Below are positions 41,709 to 51,308 of a DNA stretch of 64,000 bases, piece by piece. The DNA comes from a virus (Duplodnaviria > Caudoviricetes), in IMG/VR virus record IMGVR_UViG_3300037193_003384, positions 2,145 to 66,144 of that record. The stretch is one strand, 5' to 3'. Under the pieces are notes generated by a model, which saw only the letters and a program-made list of their open reading frames with translations, did not search any database and was not told where the DNA came from. The position numbers and the translations under genes were made by a program. Numbering within the stretch: the first letter of the stretch is position 1; every line of letters begins with the position of its first letter.

Positions 41709-41751
41709 TACGCTCGCCGGCAGGGCGCGGCCGCTTTCGAAGGAAAGCCGG

Positions 41752-44370
41752 ATGGCAATCCCTGCCCTTTTCGATATCAACCTCGACGGCGAAGACCGCG
41801 GGTACGAGGCGGCGAACAGTGAGGTGCTCAGCCTCAAGCTGCGGGATCCTAGCGTGGCCAGCACGGTGCTGTTCCAGGTGTACGATCCGAACGGGCCCAA
41901 CCCGGACCTGGGGATCGCCGCCAACCCGCCGCGCGCCAGCGGCGGCGCGCCCACGCTCACGCTCGTAGGCGCCACCAGCGGGCAGGCGGTGATGCCCACG
42001 GCGCCTAACCAGGCCGTCACCGTGACGATGCCGGGCTCGGGCAGCCACTCGTGGATCGTCCGCTGCGTGGTGAATGGCGGCCAGCGCCAGCTGCCCAGCG
42101 GGCGCGTGGTGGTGGACCCGTCGCTCGTCTACGAGCGCGGCGTGTGGATCCCGACGGGCTTCGACACCCGCAAGATCGTGGCCACCGAGAGCCAGCAGTT
42201 CAGCACGGAGGGCTGGGCTGATGCGATCAACGCGATGATCGAGGTGGGCGTCTCCCCAGGCATCTACACGCCGGCAGGCACCGGCGCCGTGGTGCGGGCC
42301 ATCGTCGACTGGCTCGCAGACGACGTGAAGGTCACCGACTTCATGACGTCCGCGGAGAAGGCCGCCGCCTACAACTTCACGTGGGACACCGACCACCAGC
42401 CGGCGGTGCAGAAGGCGGTCAACCACGCGCTGTATAAGAACGCCTTCGGCATCTCGAGCGGTCGCAAGGTGATCGTGCCGGGCGGCGGCTTGCGATTCAA
42501 CACCACGCTGCACCTCGGCTATGGCACCGACTTCCGCAGCATCATCTTCGAGGGGCAGGGCAAGCGCGAGGGCGGCACGTACGAGGCCGGCGGCTGCGGC
42601 ACGGTCATCCGGCAGTTCTTTAACGAGGGCCCGCTCATCGCGATCCAGGGCGCGCGCTCGACCGTGGTGCGCGGGATGACGCTGTTCGGCAACAACTTCG
42701 ACCACGTCGTGGCGCTCATCCAGGGCAGCGCGTCCATGAACGACCTCAACGCCTCGGCGTGGGTGGACCCGGCGCTGCCCGCTGCAGCGAGCTCCCGCTA
42801 CTCGGTGAGCGCTGCCATCGCGATCGATCCGTACACGGGCCCCGCGCCGACGCCGAGCTACCCGGCAGTTCCCTATCCCGCCTTTCTGGGCGTCACGCCG
42901 CAGTACAACAAGGGCCAGAGCCGCGACGTCTTGATCGAGGACGTGCTCATCAAAGGCTTCGTCTGCGGCATCGTGCAGCACCCTGGCGATGCCGATGGCA
43001 ACGGGGATTTCACGAAGCTGTCGCGGGTGGCGATGTGGTTCTGCGCCTTCGGGTTTTCATGGGGAAACTCTCAGGCCCGGGTCAACCGGATGGACCATTG
43101 CATGTTCGCCTATTGCCACACGTGCATCGCGAGCAGCGTGCACGGGCTGCAGGCGGGCAACCCAATGATCACGGTGATCTCGACTGCATTCGAGACATCG
43201 ATCCAGCTGTTCGAGACGATGAACCTCGGCTACGGCGTGGGGCCAACGTTCATCGGCTGCTTTGCAGAGGCCATCTACCGCCTCGGCAAATGCAACGGCG
43301 TGAGCCAAAACGCCGGCGCGCTGAGCTTCAAGAACTGTGAGTTCGGCTTCTCCTGGTGGGCGCGCTACGGCGTGCCGACGTGGGTGCTCGAGATGGAGGG
43401 CTCCATGGAGGTGAGCTTCGAGCAGGTCTTCTTTTACATGTCGGGCGCTGGCCGCGGCCTGCTGAACTTCCGCTGCGCCGGCAGCGCCATCGACGCGCAG
43501 CCCGCGCTGCAGTTGGCGTTCCAAGGCTGCCAGACCCAGGGCGATGCCTGGACGGCGGGCGCGCTGTACGAGAAGGCCGCCTACAACGCGACGCTGGGCA
43601 TCACCATCAGCCAGGGATCAACGGGGCTCGCGCGCTTCGGCATGCGGTCGGGCTACCTGCACAACCTCAACACCGGAGCGCTGCTGGGCACCGGAGCGCT
43701 CTACACGGAGAAGGCGATCGCGCCGCGGCATCTCTGCGGGCCGATCTACGCGAAGCGGTGGAAGTCGCTCGTCGGTGCAAACGATCCAGGGGTGGACGTG
43801 AGCTGGCAGACGTTCGGCTTCTCCATCACCAGCGTGACGTCCACCGTGGGCCGCCTCGTGACCATTGTCCTCGACTACGTCACCACGGCGAGCCTGATGC
43901 ATTTCGGTGGCGACGTCGGCGACTGCATGGTCTCTGCGGCAACGGGCGCCGTGTTCATGGTCAAGTCGCGCACGGGCACCAGCATCGTGCTCGAGGCGAT
44001 GAGCGGCTACGACAAGGACGGCAACATTCTGAGCGGCATCGTCGCGGCCGGCGTGATGCACCCGATCAACTGCCGGCGCTACTGCATCCCCGCAGTGCTC
44101 TATGGTGACACCACCGCGGGCAATCCGACGGTAACGAACCTAACGCTGGGCAACGGGGGCACGCCGACGCTGGCGGACATCCTCACCGCGGACGACTACC
44201 TCTACGTCGATCAGGAGGTGGACCAGTTGCTCAACCCGTTCGATGGCGGCGCGCGGCTCGTGTCTTTCAACCAGGGTGCGCGCACGATGACCTTCGCCGG
44301 CAACTGCAATTACACGCAGGCGCGCCGCCGATTTGCGATCTTCGTCCGCCCCGCGTTCCCCAACGCATGA
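41752..44370 (+). CDS. tailspike / depolymerase with beta-helix (pectate lyase-like) region
   Basis: VKVTDF...TDHQPAVQKAVN...KVIVPGG...IIFEGQG...TVI is a typical beta-helix entry. Confidence 0.7.
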   Translation: MAIPALFDINLDGEDRGYEAANSEVLSLKLRDPSVASTVLFQVYDPNGPNPDLGIAANPPRASGGAPTLTLVGATSGQAVMPTAPNQAVTVTMPGSGSHSWIVRCVVNGGQRQLPSGRVVVDPSLVYERGVWIPTGFDTRKIVATESQQFSTEGWADAINAMIEVGVSPGIYTPAGTGAVVRAIVDWLADDVKVTDFMTSAEKAAAYNFTWDTDHQPAVQKAVNHALYKNAFGISSGRKVIVPGGGLRFNTTLHLGYGTDFRSIIFEGQGKREGGTYEAGGCGTVIRQFFNEGPLIAIQGARSTVVRGMTLFGNNFDHVVALIQGSASMNDLNASAWVDPALPAAASSRYSVSAAIAIDPYTGPAPTPSYPAVPYPAFLGVTPQYNKGQSRDVLIEDVLIKGFVCGIVQHPGDADGNGDFTKLSRVAMWFCAFGFSWGNSQARVNRMDHCMFAYCHTCIASSVHGLQAGNPMITVISTAFETSIQLFETMNLGYGVGPTFIGCFAEAIYRLGKCNGVSQNAGALSFKNCEFGFSWWARYGVPTWVLEMEGSMEVSFEQVFFYMSGAGRGLLNFRCAGSAIDAQPALQLAFQGCQTQGDAWTAGALYEKAAYNATLGITISQGSTGLARFGMRSGYLHNLNTGALLGTGALYTEKAIAPRHLCGPIYAKRWKSLVGANDPGVDVSWQTFGFSITSVTSTVGRLVTIVLDYVTTASLMHFGGDVGDCMVSAATGAVFMVKSRTGTSIVLEAMSGYDKDGNILSGIVAAGVMHPINCRRYCIPAVLYGDTTAGNPTVTNLTLGNGGTPTLADILTADDYLYVDQEVDQLLNPFDGGARLVSFNQGARTMTFAGNCNYTQARRRFAIFVRPAFPNA

Positions 44371-44444
44371 TAACGTCTGCACTCGCCGGGTGCCTGTTTC
44401 ACCTTGGCCGCGCCTGGTTGAGGGAATAGGCGCCCGGCTCGTTT

Positions 44445-45251
44445 ATGCAGCTTCGAGCGGATGAGTGGCGGTCACCGATGCAGCTCGGTGACGTGGGCAG
44501 CGATGTGGAGCAGTGGCGCTCCGTGCTCAGCGACGATGGCTACGAGCTCAACGGTGAGCCCCGCACCTTCAACGCCAGCGTCCACAACGCCACGCTCGCA
44601 TGGCAGAAGGCGCACGGGCTGCGCGGCGATGGCGTGGTGGGCCCGAAGACGCGAGCCGCGCTGAACGCCCCTGTGGTGCCGCGGCCGCCGCCGCGCTTCG
44701 ATCCCGACGCCATCCCCTACGTGGAGGCGGTGCACTGGTCCCGCCATCTGCCGGCGGGGCCCAAGAGCGTGATCGTGCTGCATTGCATGGAGTGGCCCGA
44801 GACCGCGACCAGCGCCGAGTGGTGCGCCGGATTCTTCGCCGGCAAGCAGGGTGCGGCGCCTCGAGCGAGCGCGCACTACTGCGTGGACGACGAATCGGTC
44901 ATCTGCTCCGTGCCGCCGGACCGCATCGCCTGGCACGCGCCGGGCGCAAACACCAGCGGCATCGGCATCGAACACGCGGGCTATGCCAGGCAGAGCCGCG
45001 CGCAGTGGCTGGACGACTACTCGCTCCGGATGCTGCTGCTGTCTGCCGAGCTCACCGGCTGGCTCTGCAAACGGTTCGCCATCCCCGTGCAGTTCATCAT
45101 GGCGGACCACCTGAAGCGCGGCGCGCGCGGGATCACCACGCACGCCGAGGTGAGCCGCGCCTTCGGCAAGAGCACGCACTTCGATCCCGGGCCATTCTTC
45201 CCGATCACCGACTACATCCGCTTCATCGTCGAGGCGGGACAGCAGCGCTAG
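44445..45251 (+). CDS. endolysin: peptidoglycan-binding domain plus N-acetylmuramoyl-L-alanine amidase
   Basis: WQKAHGLRGDGVVGPKT, then IVLH, ASAHY, AWHAPGAN..GIGIE, TTH and HFDPG. Confidence 0.92.
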   Translation: MQLRADEWRSPMQLGDVGSDVEQWRSVLSDDGYELNGEPRTFNASVHNATLAWQKAHGLRGDGVVGPKTRAALNAPVVPRPPPRFDPDAIPYVEAVHWSRHLPAGPKSVIVLHCMEWPETATSAEWCAGFFAGKQGAAPRASAHYCVDDESVICSVPPDRIAWHAPGANTSGIGIEHAGYARQSRAQWLDDYSLRMLLLSAELTGWLCKRFAIPVQFIMADHLKRGARGITTHAEVSRAFGKSTHFDPGPFFPITDYIRFIVEAGQQR

Positions 45252-45271
45252 CGCGCGCTACACTCGCGAGC

Positions 45272-45757
45272 GTGGGCAAGGACGACCGCGAGAAGACTCC
45301 GCCGACGGGCACCGCCATCCCGCGGCCGCGGCTGAAGGCGGTGGAGGCTGAGCCGACGGTGCCGGTGGTAGACTTCGCCAGGCTGCCCAGCTCACCGCCG
45401 CCGCCGCCGTCACCGCTGCCGTCGCGCCCGGCAAACCCCACGCTCAAAGAGCTCTACGATCTGATCGACCAGCGCATCACGCCCCAGATCGTCGAGCGCA
45501 TCTCGAGCACACCGCCGGCAGCGCCGACAGTCGAGCCCGCGCCGCGCCCGAGCCTGCCCGTGCGCGTGGCGAAGGGCAGCCCCAAGTGGGTGGCATACCT
45601 GATCAGCGCGCTGATGATCGCCGGCCAGGCCATCGCGGCCGCGTCGCAGGAAGAGTATCGCGGCCCGATCGTGCAGGGCGTGAAGCTCATCGCGTGGGGC
45701 GTCGCTGAGTTCTTCTCCGAGGACCCGGCAGCGCCGCCCGAAACCACACCCGAGTGA
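45272..45757 (+). CDS. Pro-rich membrane protein, possible holin/lysis accessory
   Basis: After the endolysin, with hydrophobic WVAYLISALMIAG and TACACT 7 nt before the GTG. Confidence 0.45.
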   Translation: MGKDDREKTPPTGTAIPRPRLKAVEAEPTVPVVDFARLPSSPPPPPSPLPSRPANPTLKELYDLIDQRITPQIVERISSTPPAAPTVEPAPRPSLPVRVAKGSPKWVAYLISALMIAGQAIAAASQEEYRGPIVQGVKLIAWGVAEFFSEDPAAPPETTPE

Positions 45758-45898
45758 AGCGCGTTCGCATCAGCCTCAAAGGGCTGACCTGCGTGGACTG
45801 CCCGAGCTGCGGCGCGCCCTGCTGGCTGCACGCTGAGCTCGGCTGGGTGCACCGGCTGCCGCTCTGCCGGTGGTTCTCCTCACGCGAGCACCGGACTC

Positions 45899-45937
45899 CA
45901 AAAAGCAACGGGCCCGAGGGGGACGCCCCGGGCCCGT
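45899..45937 (-). terminator. intrinsic terminator of the leftward fibre operon
   Basis: ACGGGCCCG/CGGGCCCGT stem followed on the minus strand by TGCTTTTT. Confidence 0.65.
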
Positions 45938-45968
45938 CGAACCGACGATACCAATCAGCGGGGTGAGC

Positions 45969-46541
45969 TTAGCGCTCCCAGCCTTCCGGTTCAACGATCA
46001 ACACGCCGACGCCGCTGGCGCCCATCAGGATCTCGTTGCGCACGAGCAGCCCCTCGTTCGCTTCGAGGATGATGGGATGATCGTCACGCGGCTCGTAGAC
46101 TGCATCCATCACGGGCAGCGTCGCGTGCGACGATCCGCAGCGGAAGATGGGCGTCGCGACCAGCGTGTGCGTGCCGGCGGTCAGCGCACCCGTGTCGCCG
46201 ATGCGCGCCGTGGCCACCGTGGCCTTGCTCGAGCTCGTGAGGCGCTTCTGCGGCGTGACCGCGTTGCCGCCCGTGTGCGCCGCGCTGTAGCCGGTGAGCT
46301 TGAACAGGGCGAAGGACAGAGCCTGCGCCGCGCCGAACGCAGTCGTCGGAATGAACGCCAGACGCACGCGCGAGATGTAGAGCTTCTTCGCGCTGCTCGG
46401 GTTGCGCAGCGCATAGACGTGGCCGGCGCTGGCGGTGCCTGCGGCGACGCCCGTGAGCAATCCCGTGGGCGATCCGTAGTGGAAATGGGCGGCGCCGATG
46501 AGGCGCTTCTTGTCGATGAATGGACTGGGTGTAGCTGGCAT
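45969..46541 (-). CDS. hypothetical beta-rich virion protein
   Basis: G-rich RBS, in the fibre operon. Confidence 0.6.
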   Translation of the reverse strand: MPATPSPFIDKKRLIGAAHFHYGSPTGLLTGVAAGTASAGHVYALRNPSSAKKLYISRVRLAFIPTTAFGAAQALSFALFKLTGYSAAHTGGNAVTPQKRLTSSSKATVATARIGDTGALTAGTHTLVATPIFRCGSSHATLPVMDAVYEPRDDHPIILEANEGLLVRNEILMGASGVGVLIVEPEGWER

Positions 46542-46608
46542 GACCTCGACCCCCCTTGCTGGTGTTTAGAGGTACCGCTCATCTGAGCGGGCGCGCGGCT
46601 CTCGAGCT

Positions 46609-46932
46609 TTAGTCGAGCGGGCAGAACAGGTCCGGCAGCTCGGCGTCGAACGGGATCTCGGGCAGCGCCGGCAGCGGCAGCGCGAAGCCCGGCGCCGTCA
46701 GCGCCGGCAGCCCCGGCAGGTCGATCCCAATGTCTACGGTCGGCACCACCACGCTGAGCGGCAGCGCCGGCAGCGCCGGCAGCGGCAGGCCGAAGCCGGG
46801 CGCCGTCAGCGCCGGCAGCCCCGGCAGCGCGACGGCGTAGCTGGGCAGCACCACGCTGAGCGGCAGCGCCGGCACCGCGAGCCCGGGCAGCGTGAAGCCC
46901 AGCACGGGCGGCTCGGGCAGCGAGCAGCTCAT
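46609..46932 (-). CDS. Pro/Leu-rich repeat protein ending CPLD
   Basis: Internal duplication of LPGLPALTAPGF.LPLPALP, with one Cys at each end. Confidence 0.6.
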   Translation of the reverse strand: MSCSLPEPPVLGFTLPGLAVPALPLSVVLPSYAVALPGLPALTAPGFGLPLPALPALPLSVVVPTVDIGIDLPGLPALTAPGFALPLPALPEIPFDAELPDLFCPLD

Positions 46933-47585
46933 TGCCCCGGGCGCGCGATCTGGTCGATGGTGACGCGCGCCATCCCCATCGCCGCGGTGGCTGCCGCGAC
47001 GCCCAGCTTCAGCACCTGCAGCTGCACGCGGATGCGATCACCCGCGTTGCATTGGAAGGTGATCCCGCTGCCGAAGAGCTGGGGCTCCTGCTGGTTCCAG
47101 CCGTGCGACCACGTTCGCGCCACGCTCGAGGCGCCGCGGATGCGGGTCAGCGTGATGATGCCCTTCACGCCCGTGTTCGCCACCGTGGCCACCATGCCCA
47201 CGAGCGCATCCCACATCACCTGATAGGTGCCCGCGTCCAGCGGCTGCGTGGTGAAGTCGATCTTGTCGACGGGCGTCACCGTGTCCGTGGTGGTGGTGGT
47301 GCCCAGGCTCTCGAGCTCGATCGGCGCGCTGGTAGTGGTCACGCCAACGATCGTCGGGACCAATGCCGTGACGGCGGCCACGTCCGCTGAGCTCGGCAGG
47401 CCTGCCCAGTCCACGATCAACGCCGCGCCACCGAGCGCGAGCCGTGTCTCGTTCACTGGCAGGCTGAGCGGTGGAACTATCGCTGCCAGTGCGGCATCGA
47501 TGATGGGCTTGTTCTCCGCCAGGCTGCCGCCGCCGAGCGCCACGAACTCGTGCGCGTAGTAGGTCTTCGTGTGGTTCTCTGACAT
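46929..47585 (-). CDS. hypothetical virion protein with C1q/Ig-like beta C-terminus
   Basis: AGTYQV...FQCNAGDRIRVQ pattern. Confidence 0.55.
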   Translation of the reverse strand: MSENHTKTYYAHEFVALGGGSLAENKPIIDAALAAIVPPLSLPVNETRLALGGAALIVDWAGLPSSADVAAVTALVPTIVGVTTTSAPIELESLGTTTTTDTVTPVDKIDFTTQPLDAGTYQVMWDALVGMVATVANTGVKGIITLTRIRGASSVARTWSHGWNQQEPQLFGSGITFQCNAGDRIRVQLQVLKLGVAAATAAMGMARVTIDQIARPGQ

Positions 47586-47610
47586 TGCTTTTACCCTTCA
47601 GATTCCGGCG

Positions 47611-50600
47611 CTAAGCCGCAGCGCGGTTGAGTTCGAACGTGTCGAGGATGATCTCGTCGACCAGCAGGTTGCGTCCCGCCGCACCCGCACCGCGGATCAT
47701 GCCGATGGCGAGGTAGGCGATGCCGCTCGTGTTCGCCAGCGTCGCGGTCGTAAACAGAGTGCCGTTGATGTAGCAGCGCCAGCTGCCGCTGCCGGGCGTT
47801 GTCTGCTCAGCTCGAAAGGTCGCCCAGGTGCCCGCGACCACCGTAACGCCCGAGCTCACCGCCGCTCCGCTGCCGGCGTTCTCACGGCGCACGAGCCAGT
47901 TGCCCGCGCTCGCTCCACCCGAGCGATGAAGGAAGACCAGATTGTTGTCCGTCCACACCCCGCCGCTGGTGCTCACATCCATGTCGGTCGGGTCGGACAC
48001 GATCCCAAAGCCCATCGCGCAGTTCAGAAGCTCATTGCCGCCGTCGGCTGGGATCATGATCGTCGCCCCGAAGGTTGCGATGTTCGCGAAGTCGTACGGG
48101 CCTCGGTAGATGGCGCACTCGTCGGCGAGCGCTGCATCGTCCTGCATGTGCAAAATGCCGGGATGGTTGCTCGAGTGATACCCCGACGTCGCGGTGTCGG
48201 CTTGCGCGATGGTGGGCGAATCCCAAGCGATCCACGGCGAGCGCGCGAGCACGCCTGCAGCATCACACTGCCCGTCGAAGTCCTCGCGAACGACCGACGT
48301 GATCTGCGGGTCGGCTCGTTTGCTAACGCTGACGAATCGATGGCGGTTGAAGAAGTGGCAGGTGGTGACGCTCTCACCTGCGCGGATCGTGACCTGCCGC
48401 TGCGTGTGCGTGCGGAAGCGCTCCTGCGTGATGGTCGGCGCGCCATCGTTCATGAAGGTCACGACGACCGTCGCATTGACGTCGACCGTCCAGGTGATCT
48501 CTTTGCCGGCGATGATGGTGGCGCCCTCGAGCTGGATCGTCCCCGAGCCGGTGAAGATCACCTGCGTGAGGTCCTCCGTCAGCGTGTATGTGGCAACGAC
48601 TCCCGTCGTCAGCGCATCGGTGATGCTGGTTGCGCGGCGCAGGTTCTGGCCTTGCTGCAGCCCCGTCAGCGCACCGGGCACGCCAGTCCCCGTGAGCACG
48701 GCGCGGCCGACCGCCGTGCCTTGCGCCATCGTCGCCATGTCAGCGAGCGGCACCGGCGCGCGCACCAGCTTGTGATCGACGTTGGTGTCGTCGCGAAACA
48801 TGGGCGTGTTGGGCGTGTCATTGCGCGCGAAGAACTGCGCCTGCCCAGCCGCCAGAGTGTCGCCAGCCGCGCGCTCGACGAGCTTGAGATAGTCGAACTG
48901 ATCGCGTCCGATCGCCACGACATTCACGCGCGCTTCGGAATTGTAAAGGATCGCGCCTTCGCCTGCGCGGAGCGTGAGCGGCACGTTACCCGGCGTGTTG
49001 AACTGCTCACCTGCCGTCGCGAGCGCGTCTTCGTGATTGAAGGTGAAAGTGTTGGCAGCCGCTGCAGAGCGGCCAATGCGGAAGACCAGCATCGCGTTCG
49101 CTGGCAACGCCATGCCGCGCACGATGACGGGGCCCGCGGGCGTGCAACGGATGTAGTTGACGAGCCCGCTGACGTATCCCGTCGGCGCATAGCTCACGAT
49201 CGTCCCGGTGCTCGTCGTATCGAGCAGCAGATTCCATCGGAGATTCTGGACCTGCTGAAAGCCGCTCAGATCGGTGAGCGTGCCCGCGACGCCGTTGAGC
49301 GGGACGCCCTTTGTCGTGCCGAGCCCGCCGCCCGCGATGTCAGCATTCGGGGCGGGCGCGGTGAGGATCTTCCGATCGACGTTGGTGTCGTCGCGAAAGT
49401 AGGGGTTATTGGGAGCGTCGTTCTTCGCGAAGAACTTTGCCTGCCCAGGCGCCAGCGTCTGCGGTGTCGCCTCTTCGACCAGCACGGGGCCGCTCGCCGG
49501 CACACCGATGAAGCGATGGCGGTTGGCCCAATAAGTCGTCTGGCAGCAATCACCCGCTTTCAGGCGGTAGGGCACACCGCCCGGCGTGCGGAACCGTTCG
49601 CCGCTGGCTCCCGCGCTGCCGCTCTCGTTCACGAAGTCGACGATGACGGCGGCACCTGCATCGACGGCCCACTCGACTGTCTTGCCGAACGTGGCTGCCG
49701 TAGCTGTTGCACCGTGCAGCGTGAGCGATCCCGAGCCGCTAAAGAGCACCTGGCAGAGGTCTGCGGTGAGCGTGTATGTCGCGACGACGCCAGTCGATGC
49801 AGCATCAGTGGCGAACGTACCGCGCCGCAGGTTCTCACCCTGCTGCAGACCGCTGAGCGCGATGGGCACGCCCGTGCCGCCGAGCGCGGTCCGCCCGAGC
49901 GCGGTGCCTTGCGCCATCGTCGCCATGTCAGCGAGCGGCACCGGCGCGGTGACGATCTTCCGATCGACGTTGGTGTCGTCGCGAAAGTAGGGGTTGTTCG
50001 GCGTGTCGTTCTTCGCGAAGAAGACCGCCTGCCCAGCGGCAACCGTGAGGCCCGCGGCGCGTTCGGTTAGGACGGCATGCTCACGGGTGTCGAGGAACCA
50101 GCGCGTTCCGCTGTGTGTTATCAGGACGCTGTCGTTGTAGGCCGTCAGCGCGAAATCGACTGAGCCAGGCGTCCAGAGGCTGTTGGCGCTCGCATTGCCG
50201 TCACGGAGCAGTACGCGACCCGTTGTCTGCTGTTTGACGATGAGCACCCGCGCACCCGTGTTGCTCGATCCATGAACGATCTGGTCAATGATCACGTCGC
50301 CCGGTGCACTCGGCGAGATGAACGCGATGCACGTGCGGGCGTCGAGCGTGAGAGTCTGGACTCCTGGCGCGAGCGAGAAGTTCTGAAAGAAGTCGAAGCG
50401 TGCTAGCTGTCCAACCTGGCTGCCCGATCCTGCGCTGGGCACGCCGGCACCCGCGCCCAGCGCACGCAGGAGCACCGTGCCTTCTGCCTGCGTGGCGAAG
50501 TCGGTGAGCGCCGCTGGCGCCGTGAGCAGCTTCCGATCGACGTTGGTGTCGTCGCGAAAGTAGGGGTTGTTCGGCGCGTCGTTTTTGGCGAAGAACAGCG

Positions 50601-51258
50601 CCTGCCCAGCCGCGAGCGCCACGCCTGCAGCGCGCTCGATCAGGCGGATGAGACCGCTATCGATGCGCACGGGCTGGTTGGCGCCGGGGCTCAAGTCGAT
50701 GCCGGCAGAGGCCGCGATCTCGGCAGCGCCCGCGGTGGCCTCGAGATCGAGCGACGTGCCGTGCAGGGATCCCGGGCCCGCGACGGCGGTGATGGCAACG
50801 CCACCAGCGCCGAGCGACCCGAGCTCCACGGTACCGTTGCCGACGATCGCGAAGGGGCCGTCGCCGCGGATGTCACCGACGGGCACGCCTGCAGGGTTGG
50901 AACCGAAGCCGAGGTACTGCGTGAGGTGCAGCGCGATCGAGCCCACGATGGCGTTGAGCTCCGCCGGCGTGAGCGGGTGCGCTACGTTCGGAGTGCCCGC
51001 GTCGAGCTCATTGCCGAGCACCTGCCCGGGGTTGGCGGTCACCTCGACCCCTTCGTTCACCGCGATGGCGATGGGGGCGGCGATGGCGCGCGCCAGCTTC
51101 GCCAGGCTCTCCTGCGCGCCCGGCGTGTTCGGAGCCGGCAGCTGGTTGGGGAACGCGTCATGCTCATCGGCGAGCGCATCGTAGAGCAGCTTCGCCAGGC
51201 CAGTGCCTGTCGCCACACCATCGAGCCCGATGGTGACGTCCCCTGTATCCAATGGCAT
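47611..51258 (-). CDS. long modular tail fibre (1215 aa)
   Basis: Four repeats of GQAxFFAKNDxPNNPYFRDDTNVDRK. Ala/Gly/Thr rich, follows the spike gene. Confidence 0.7.
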   Translation of the reverse strand: MPLDTGDVTIGLDGVATGTGLAKLLYDALADEHDAFPNQLPAPNTPGAQESLAKLARAIAAPIAIAVNEGVEVTANPGQVLGNELDAGTPNVAHPLTPAELNAIVGSIALHLTQYLGFGSNPAGVPVGDIRGDGPFAIVGNGTVELGSLGAGGVAITAVAGPGSLHGTSLDLEATAGAAEIAASAGIDLSPGANQPVRIDSGLIRLIERAAGVALAAGQALFFAKNDAPNNPYFRDDTNVDRKLLTAPAALTDFATQAEGTVLLRALGAGAGVPSAGSGSQVGQLARFDFFQNFSLAPGVQTLTLDARTCIAFISPSAPGDVIIDQIVHGSSNTGARVLIVKQQTTGRVLLRDGNASANSLWTPGSVDFALTAYNDSVLITHSGTRWFLDTREHAVLTERAAGLTVAAGQAVFFAKNDTPNNPYFRDDTNVDRKIVTAPVPLADMATMAQGTALGRTALGGTGVPIALSGLQQGENLRRGTFATDAASTGVVATYTLTADLCQVLFSGSGSLTLHGATATAATFGKTVEWAVDAGAAVIVDFVNESGSAGASGERFRTPGGVPYRLKAGDCCQTTYWANRHRFIGVPASGPVLVEEATPQTLAPGQAKFFAKNDAPNNPYFRDDTNVDRKILTAPAPNADIAGGGLGTTKGVPLNGVAGTLTDLSGFQQVQNLRWNLLLDTTSTGTIVSYAPTGYVSGLVNYIRCTPAGPVIVRGMALPANAMLVFRIGRSAAAANTFTFNHEDALATAGEQFNTPGNVPLTLRAGEGAILYNSEARVNVVAIGRDQFDYLKLVERAAGDTLAAGQAQFFARNDTPNTPMFRDDTNVDHKLVRAPVPLADMATMAQGTAVGRAVLTGTGVPGALTGLQQGQNLRRATSITDALTTGVVATYTLTEDLTQVIFTGSGTIQLEGATIIAGKEITWTVDVNATVVVTFMNDGAPTITQERFRTHTQRQVTIRAGESVTTCHFFNRHRFVSVSKRADPQITSVVREDFDGQCDAAGVLARSPWIAWDSPTIAQADTATSGYHSSNHPGILHMQDDAALADECAIYRGPYDFANIATFGATIMIPADGGNELLNCAMGFGIVSDPTDMDVSTSGGVWTDNNLVFLHRSGGASAGNWLVRRENAGSGAAVSSGVTVVAGTWATFRAEQTTPGSGSWRCYINGTLFTTATLANTSGIAYLAIGMIRGAGAAGRNLLVDEIILDTFELNRAAA

Positions 51259-51308
51259 GCGATCCCGCCCTCACTCGAGTGCGGCCGCGCCTGGTGCGGG
51301 TCAGCGTA

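Noticed and set aside
47611-51258. Diversity-generating retroelement or invertible fibre cassette
   Set aside because: No reverse transcriptase or invertase seen. Repeats are direct, in-frame and not adenine-specific variants
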